Of a DNA stretch of 21,157 nt, positions 15,960 to 21,157 are shown piece after piece. The translations under genes and the position numbers were made by a program. The stretch comes from Promethearchaeota archaeon (GTDB lineage: Archaea > Asgardarchaeota > Lokiarchaeia > Sigyniarchaeales > SOKP01), in assembly GCA_018238625.1 (NCBI GenBank), contig JABCSY010000070.1:1-21157 (forward strand). Reading direction: 5' to 3'. How positions within the stretch are numbered: the stretch's first letter is position 1; each line of letters opens with the position of its first letter. Under the pieces are notes generated by a model that ran no database searches, had not been told where the DNA came from, and was given only the letters and a program-made list of their open reading frames with translations.

Positions 15960-17102
15960 ATGAATAATTTATTTTTTTCTGAGAAACACTATAATTTACG
16001 AGAAGATGTAAGAAAATTATTAAGCAAAGAATTAGAACCAATAAAAAATCAAATTAATAAAAATAATAAGATACCTATCGCTTTAATCAAAAAATTAGGA
16101 AAGAACGGGTTAATTGGACCTTTAATTCCAGAAAAATATAGCGGTTCAGATCTAGGCTTGATTGCACATTGTTTGATTACCGAAGAGATTTCAAAAATCA
16201 ATGTAGCTATATCAGTAACTCGTACACCTTGTATATTAAATGGATATCTTCTTAATAGATATGGAAGCGATTTTCAAAAAGAAAAGTTTTTGAAAAAAGT
16301 AGCAACTGGAGAAAAATTGTGTAGTATCTGCGTTACTGAAGAAGAGGCAGGTTCAAATGTAGCAGGAATTAAAACGAGTGCGTCAAAAGTGGGACAGAAT
16401 TACGTTTTAAATGGTTCTAAGAAATTTATAACAAACGCAGGGATAGCGGATTATTATTTCGTTTGGTGCATTACTGGTAAGAAAGTTAACCCTCGTAATG
16501 GAATGAGTGTTTTCTTAGTAGAAAAAGACACTACTGGTTTACATATAGAGAACCCATATGAATTAATGGGAATAAATGGCTTATATAATGGAACGATTCG
16601 ACTTGATAATGTAGAAGTTCCAGAACATAATCTCATTGGTAATGAAGGAACGGGTTTTCAAAGCTTAATGAATACTTTTAATATCGAAAGAATAACGTTA
16701 AGTTGCGAATGTAATGGTTTGTCTATGGCTGCTTTAGAGGATTCCAAACGATATGCTAAGAACAGGATTCAATTTGATAAACCGATATTTACCTTTCAAC
16801 TAATTAAGTTAAAATTAGCGGAAATGGCAACAAAATTACAAGCTGCTCGATTATTGACTTATAATGCCGCAAAGTTAGCGGAAATGAATGAAAAGATAAT
16901 AAAAGAAGCTTCAATGGCAAAAGCTTTCTCAAGCAAAGCAGCGGTTGAAATCACATCGGAAGCAGTTCAGATTCATGGAGGAATCGGATACACTGATGTA
17001 TACTCTGTTGAAAGATATATGAGAGATGCTAAATTCTTTATGATTGGGGGCGGCACTTCTGAAATTCAGAACTTAGTAATCGCACGAGAAGAGTTAAAAT
17101 AA
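15960..17102 (+). CDS. Acyl-CoA dehydrogenase (IVD/LCAD-type catalytic Glu position)
   Basis: 'IPEKYSGSDL', 'TEEEAGSN', 'LNGSKKFITNA', 'FNIERI', 'RIQFDKPI', 'AVQIHGGIGY', 'VERYMRDAK', 'IGGGTSEIQ'. Confidence 0.94.
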   Translation: MNNLFFSEKHYNLREDVRKLLSKELEPIKNQINKNNKIPIALIKKLGKNGLIGPLIPEKYSGSDLGLIAHCLITEEISKINVAISVTRTPCILNGYLLNRYGSDFQKEKFLKKVATGEKLCSICVTEEEAGSNVAGIKTSASKVGQNYVLNGSKKFITNAGIADYYFVWCITGKKVNPRNGMSVFLVEKDTTGLHIENPYELMGINGLYNGTIRLDNVEVPEHNLIGNEGTGFQSLMNTFNIERITLSCECNGLSMAALEDSKRYAKNRIQFDKPIFTFQLIKLKLAEMATKLQAARLLTYNAAKLAEMNEKIIKEASMAKAFSSKAAVEITSEAVQIHGGIGYTDVYSVERYMRDAKFFMIGGGTSEIQNLVIAREELK

Positions 17103-17131
17103 AAATAACTTAGAAAATAGAGTAAAAAAAA

Positions 17132-17983
17132 TTAATAATTGTAGAATCCTTTCTTTGTTTTTCTTCCTAATAAATCATCTTTTACCATTTCTTTTAAAAG
17201 CGAGCTAGGTTTATACTTTTCTCCGAATTCATTGGCTAAATAATCCCCAATCTTATCGTAAATATCTAATCCAACCAGATCGCTAAGCTCCAATGGGCCC
17301 ATAGGGAAATTAAAAGCTAACTTACAAGCAGCATCAATATCTTCTGCGCTTGCAATTCCCTCGAGTTTCATATTAATAGCTTCGTTACACATTACGTATA
17401 TTAATCTCGAAGTAACAAAACCAGGAGAATCATTTACTATTACTACAGTTTTTTTTAATCCTTCGGAAAAATCCTTTGCGATTTTTAACGTTTTTTCTGA
17501 CGTATTTTTGCCTTTAATTAATTCAATTAATTTCATGACGGTTGCCGGATTAAAAAAGTGGATTCCTACTATTCTATCTTGGTGTATTGATTCAGATGCT
17601 ATTTCCGTAATGCTTAAGGACGATGTATTCGAAGCAAGAATCACTTCCTTATCACAAATTGAATCTAATTTAGCAAATAATTTCTTTTTCAAATTCATAT
17701 CTTCAAAAACCGCTTCTATTACCAATTGTACGTCCTTAACAGCTTCCTCTTTATTTACAAATAAATGAATTCTGTTAAGGTAGTTCTCTGCTTCTTCTTT
17801 GCTGATTTTGTTTTTAGCGACAAAAAACCTCTCTAAATTCTTTTCAATTGCATTTTTTGCGTCATTTACGATTTTCTCATTTTCATCAACTAAGGTCACA
17901 TTATATCCATAAGTAGCCAATAATTGTACGATTCCTGAACCCATTACGCCCGCACCTATAACACACACATCTTTAATATCCAT
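17132..17983 (-). CDS. 3-hydroxyacyl-CoA (3-hydroxybutyryl-CoA) dehydrogenase
   Basis: 'VIGAGVMGSGI', 'IEAVFEDM', 'ASNTSSLSIT', 'GIHFFNP', 'PGFVTSR', 'PMGPLELSDLVGLD'. ATG at 17983 preferred over GTG at 17995. Confidence 0.94.
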   Translation of the reverse strand: MDIKDVCVIGAGVMGSGIVQLLATYGYNVTLVDENEKIVNDAKNAIEKNLERFFVAKNKISKEEAENYLNRIHLFVNKEEAVKDVQLVIEAVFEDMNLKKKLFAKLDSICDKEVILASNTSSLSITEIASESIHQDRIVGIHFFNPATVMKLIELIKGKNTSEKTLKIAKDFSEGLKKTVVIVNDSPGFVTSRLIYVMCNEAINMKLEGIASAEDIDAACKLAFNFPMGPLELSDLVGLDIYDKIGDYLANEFGEKYKPSSLLKEMVKDDLLGRKTKKGFYNY

Positions 17984-17991
17984 TTTTAGCC

Positions 17992-18783
17992 TCACTTCTT
18001 CCTGAATTTCATAAAATCTGCTTTACGTTTTTCTACAAATGCATTTTTGCCTTCCACCGCTTCTTCAGTACCATAATAGAGAGACAATCCCCCGACACCT
18101 AATTGCGTGATGCCGGAAGTTCCATCGGTCTCTGCTAAGAAGGCAAATTTCAGCATTTTCAAAGCTGTTGGACTCTTTTCCAATATTTCCTGACACCAAG
18201 TATTTACTTCTTCATCTAATTTTTCTATGGGTACAACTCTATTAACAAGTCCCATTTCTAAGGCTTGTTGAGCGGTGTATCGACGACAAAGATACCAAAT
18301 CTCTTTAGCACGTTTCACGCCAACAGCACGGATTAAATCACCGGTCCCATATCCCGGATCAAAGGAACCTACGCGTGGTCCAGCTTGTCCAAGTTGCGCA
18401 TGTTCTGCCGCAATGCTAAGATCGCAGACGACATGCCATACATGCCCTCCTCCGATCGCGTAACCATTTACACGGGCGATAACTGGTTTGGGTAAAGTAC
18501 GAATCTGGTGAGTTACATGCTGCCAACCAACTTCCAAAGGCAATAAATATGTTCCCTTGTAACCTCCTTTCTCGCGAGTCGTCTGATCTCCACCAGTGCA
18601 AAACGCTTTCTCTCCAGCGCCAGTAAATACCACAACACCTATTTCCTTATCCATACATCTATTAAAAGCGTCGATCAATTCATGGATAGTGTGCTGTGTG
18701 CACGCGTTGTAGCGCTGAGGTCGATTGATTGTTATGCGCGCTATCCCATCTTTTTTTTCAAAAATGATATCTTCATAATCCAT
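17992..18783 (-). CDS. Crotonase-family enzyme of the MenB (DHNA-CoA synthase) / BadI (2-ketocyclohexanecarboxyl-CoA hydrolase) subfamily
   Basis: 'ITINRP', 'AFCTGGDQ', 'GYAIGGGHV', 'GPRVGSFDPGYGT', 'AKEIWYLCRRY', 'YYGTEEAVEG'. Confidence 0.88.
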   Translation of the reverse strand: MDYEDIIFEKKDGIARITINRPQRYNACTQHTIHELIDAFNRCMDKEIGVVVFTGAGEKAFCTGGDQTTREKGGYKGTYLLPLEVGWQHVTHQIRTLPKPVIARVNGYAIGGGHVWHVVCDLSIAAEHAQLGQAGPRVGSFDPGYGTGDLIRAVGVKRAKEIWYLCRRYTAQQALEMGLVNRVVPIEKLDEEVNTWCQEILEKSPTALKMLKFAFLAETDGTSGITQLGVGGLSLYYGTEEAVEGKNAFVEKRKADFMKFRKK

Positions 18784-18958
18784 TATTTCTCATCTTATCC
18801 AAATTTAGTTTTTAATTTTATAATTAATCAATAAGAATGTTCATGAAATATATAAACAATTCCAAATTCGAACCACTTACAAATTCAATAACACTGGCTT
18901 AAGGATCATAAATAAGTGCTTTAAGGCATAAAAAACTACAATATTGTTAAGAATTCAC

Positions 18959-18982
18959 ATCGTGAAACTTATGTTTCACGAT
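18959..18982. promoter_or_regulatory. Perfect 10-bp inverted repeat ATCGTGAAAC-TTAT-GTTTCACGAT; putative transcription-factor operator
   Basis: In the divergent intergenic region, about 10 nt upstream of a TATA-like 'AAATATAAATATA' preceding the 19075 gene. Confidence 0.55.
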
Positions 18983-19074
18983 TATCCCCAAGAAATATAA
19001 ATATAACATCTAATATTAGTTACTAAAAAGTTATGAACTAAAAAAATATTTTATAATAGAGAGGGAAATTAAAA

Positions 19075-19770
19075 TTGGTTTCTGTTTTAGGTTGGCTAAA
19101 TGGGATTACAGCATTATGCGTTGTTATATTTGCAATTTTTTTTGGATTATTATCTTTTTATCATGCAAGAAAGTTAAAGGCAAATCTTCTTGCATTTACT
19201 GGCATAACGATAATATTTGTAGGTCTTATTTATATAGCTCCTGTAGTCGATTTTATGTCATTATTGTTGATAGGCAACAATATAGAACCTATTCAATTAT
19301 ATGGACTAATAAGTTACATGTGGGTAGCCCCAGGAATGTTTACTGTGATGTACCTTGGCATCGAACTCTTAATTCCAAAAAGAAAGCTAATAATTATAGC
19401 AATTTATGCAATATTAGGTATAGTTTTCGAATTATTCCTATGGTTTGATATTGCAAATATTTTTACTTTTGAAATTATAAATCCTGGCGATATAATTGAT
19501 GCTACTTTTAATAGGGGACACCCAACTTTCATATTAATGGTCATATTTTTAATGTCTATCCTATTTTTTGAGGGATTTGGATTTTCAATAAAAGCAATTC
19601 AATCAACTGGCGAAATAAGAAAAAAATTTGCGTTTTTGGCAATAGGTTTCATTACATTTGTTTTGTGCGGAGTTTTTGATAGTTTACTTCCACCAGGTAT
19701 CGGGATAGTTTTTGTAAGAATGGGGATGATTGCATTCATATTGTTAACATACCAAGGTCTTAAAACTTAA
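19075..19770 (+). CDS. Stand-alone seven-transmembrane protein (HisKA_7TM-like sensor topology), function unknown
   Basis: TTG start after GAGAGGG; seven hydrophobic segments; basic loop 'EIRKKFAFLAIGF' before TM6; no soluble output domain. Confidence 0.7.
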   Translation: MVSVLGWLNGITALCVVIFAIFFGLLSFYHARKLKANLLAFTGITIIFVGLIYIAPVVDFMSLLLIGNNIEPIQLYGLISYMWVAPGMFTVMYLGIELLIPKRKLIIIAIYAILGIVFELFLWFDIANIFTFEIINPGDIIDATFNRGHPTFILMVIFLMSILFFEGFGFSIKAIQSTGEIRKKFAFLAIGFITFVLCGVFDSLLPPGIGIVFVRMGMIAFILLTYQGLKT

Positions 19771-19831
19771 GTTGTTAAGTTATCATTTTTATTAAAAATA
19801 TGGAGTGTATCGAAAATAAGAAATTAATCTC

Positions 19832-19843
19832 TTTTTTTTTTTT
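19832..19843 (+). terminator. T12 tract, putative terminator of the 7TM gene
   Basis: 12 consecutive T about 60 nt after the stop codon, in a convergent intergenic region. Confidence 0.4.
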
Positions 19844-19937
19844 CAAATTTACATCTAATTTGACCCTATAATTCTAGTTTTCTGGGATAATTTTAAATTA
19901 TTAAAGGTTTAGTAGATTGAATATTAATTTGTGCTAA

Positions 19938-20459
19938 TTAAAGTACCATGTTTTGCTTTACTTCTCGTACCATGCTTTGTCCTTCTTTATTAATCTGAGA
20001 AATTATTTCTCTTAATATCTCGGTGATTTCAATACCTTTCAATTCACTTGAGATATAAAGCATCGATAGTACTTCTCTTGCTAAAGTTGTAAGGTTCTTC
20101 ATATCGTCAATAGGAATTCTAATTCCTAGTGCTTTAATATCCTTCTGCGTTTGTTTTTCTTGTTGTCTAATAGCAATTAGAAAGTCATTCTTTCGTCCTT
20201 TCCATAATTCTGATACAGTTCTAATAGACAAGATGTATCTTTTAGTGGGACTCTTTAGCCCATGAATCTCGTTTGCGAACTTCAAAGGTTTAGAGTTTCT
20301 TATTGCTTCTAACCCAAAACTTCGGTTGAACTTATTAGTTTTATCGAGCTTTTCTTTCATTTTCGAAATTTCAGATGTCAATTGTTCAATTTTTAACGAC
20401 AATTTTTCAAATTTTTCGAGGAATAATTCCTTATCTATTAGATGCTCACGATCGCTCAT
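19938..20459 (-). CDS. Hypothetical protein: N-terminal coiled coil plus possible PUR/PC4-like nucleic-acid-binding domain
   Basis: 173 aa; heptads 'FEKLSLKIEQLTSEISKMKEKL'; central strands-then-helix pattern; SD-like GGGTGG upstream. Confidence 0.65.
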   Translation of the reverse strand: MSDREHLIDKELFLEKFEKLSLKIEQLTSEISKMKEKLDKTNKFNRSFGLEAIRNSKPLKFANEIHGLKSPTKRYILSIRTVSELWKGRKNDFLIAIRQQEKQTQKDIKALGIRIPIDDMKNLTTLAREVLSMLYISSELKGIEITEILREIISQINKEGQSMVREVKQNMVL

Positions 20460-20607
20460 TTAAGAAGCCACCCAAATATATGTATTATATGTTTTGATTT
20501 AGTGTTTAATAAAATTAATTATTAAAGGATTAATCTCTCTAGCTTTTGTAATTTACAACATTAGAAATTTGAATAAGAAAAAAGAGAAAAATTATTTTTA
20601 ATTATTT

Positions 20608-21156
20608 TTAAAAAGCGTCGAAATCTTGGTCATCCGGTTCTTTTTGCTCTGAAATTTCTTTTAAAAAGGGTTCAGTTTCCTCTTCTTCAGTTGGCTCTAA
20701 ACCCTCATAGTCTTGTTCTTTTTCCAGTTCCGGAGCAGTCATAGGTTCTTTCAATTTTTCTACAAAATCGATAGGGCTTAAAAGATCTTTAACTTCTTTA
20801 TCAACTTTTTCTTTGAACTCTCTTTCGTTTAGTATGTATTTCTTAATTTCAACAAATCCTAAACTTATTAGTACAATAAGAAAGAACAACAAAACGCCCC
20901 AATTTTTAACCAGGTTTACAAATGAATTGTCTAAATAATTAATTGTTATAGCAAAACTGAACCCGCTAAATAAGTTATAAGGATAGTTGTGAATAAACTC
21001 GTATGCTACTTTTGAAAAGACTAACCAAATTAATATTGAATCAATGCCAATTCGTTTAAATTTTAGTTTTTTACTTAAAATTTCGGCTTGAGAACCCATT
21101 AAAGTGCTAATCGCATATAATAGTATGAATAAGTCCAGAAATAGCATGATAATTTG
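20608..21156 (-). CDS. C-terminal part of a multi-pass membrane protein with acidic tail; gene starts beyond the right edge
   Basis: Frame stays open upstream of ATG 21147 (Q-I-I-M...) to the window edge; hydrophobic segments followed by an E/D-rich tail. Confidence 0.65.
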   Translation of the reverse strand, partial: QIIMLFLDLFILLYAISTLMGSQAEILSKKLKFKRIGIDSILIWLVFSKVAYEFIHNYPYNLFSGFSFAITINYLDNSFVNLVKNWGVLLFFLIVLISLGFVEIKKYILNEREFKEKVDKEVKDLLSPIDFVEKLKEPMTAPELEKEQDYEGLEPTEEEETEPFLKEISEQKEPDDQDFDAF

Positions 21157-21157
21157 A

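Noticed and set aside
896-19448. Short alternative-frame or antisense ORFs in the track (896, 2363, 2945, 6531, 6653, 7023, 7589, 8262, 9306, 9744, 11097, 12743, 12780, 13859, 14144, 16454, 17508, 18275, 18416, 19092)
   Set aside because: All lie largely within well-supported genes and show no recognisable motifs; treated as shadow ORFs.
19075-19770. Microbial rhodopsin or schizorhodopsin call for the 7TM protein
   Set aside because: No DxxxK/SxxxK retinal-binding lysine in TM7 and no RYxxW motif in TM3.
1-21157. tRNA, rRNA, CRISPR arrays, IS transposases, prophage genes
   Set aside because: None recognised; intergenic regions are short, AT-rich and lack cloverleaf or regularly spaced repeat patterns.

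Overview
AT-rich archaeal chromosomal window, most consistent with Asgard archaea (Lokiarchaeia-like). This placement is an inference from archaeal-type AsnRS, PdaD and CofE, a solo Roadblock protein, GTGA-type Shine-Dalgarno motifs and oligo-T terminators. Left to right: 5' end of a dihydropteroate synthase gene (minus strand, missed by the ORF track), a small TumA/TumE(DUF6516)-like toxin-antitoxin pair, cofE-family ligase, pdaD, asnS, a free-standing two-motif LAGLIDADG endonuclease with a tandemly repeated N-terminal domain, gatA-gatB (no gatC), Roadblock/LC7, HGSNAT-like membrane acyltransferase, GNAT, AbgB-like M20 amidohydrolase, SDR, GIY-YIG (DUF123) plus a Cys-rich Zn-finger microprotein, an acyl-CoA dehydrogenase / 3-hydroxyacyl-CoA dehydrogenase / MenB-BadI-like crotonase cluster, a stand-alone 7TM protein behind a perfect palindrome, a possible PUR/PC4-fold protein and a truncated membrane protein. 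No rRNA, tRNA, CRISPR array or transposase was seen. All family calls come from motif recognition by eye, not database searches.
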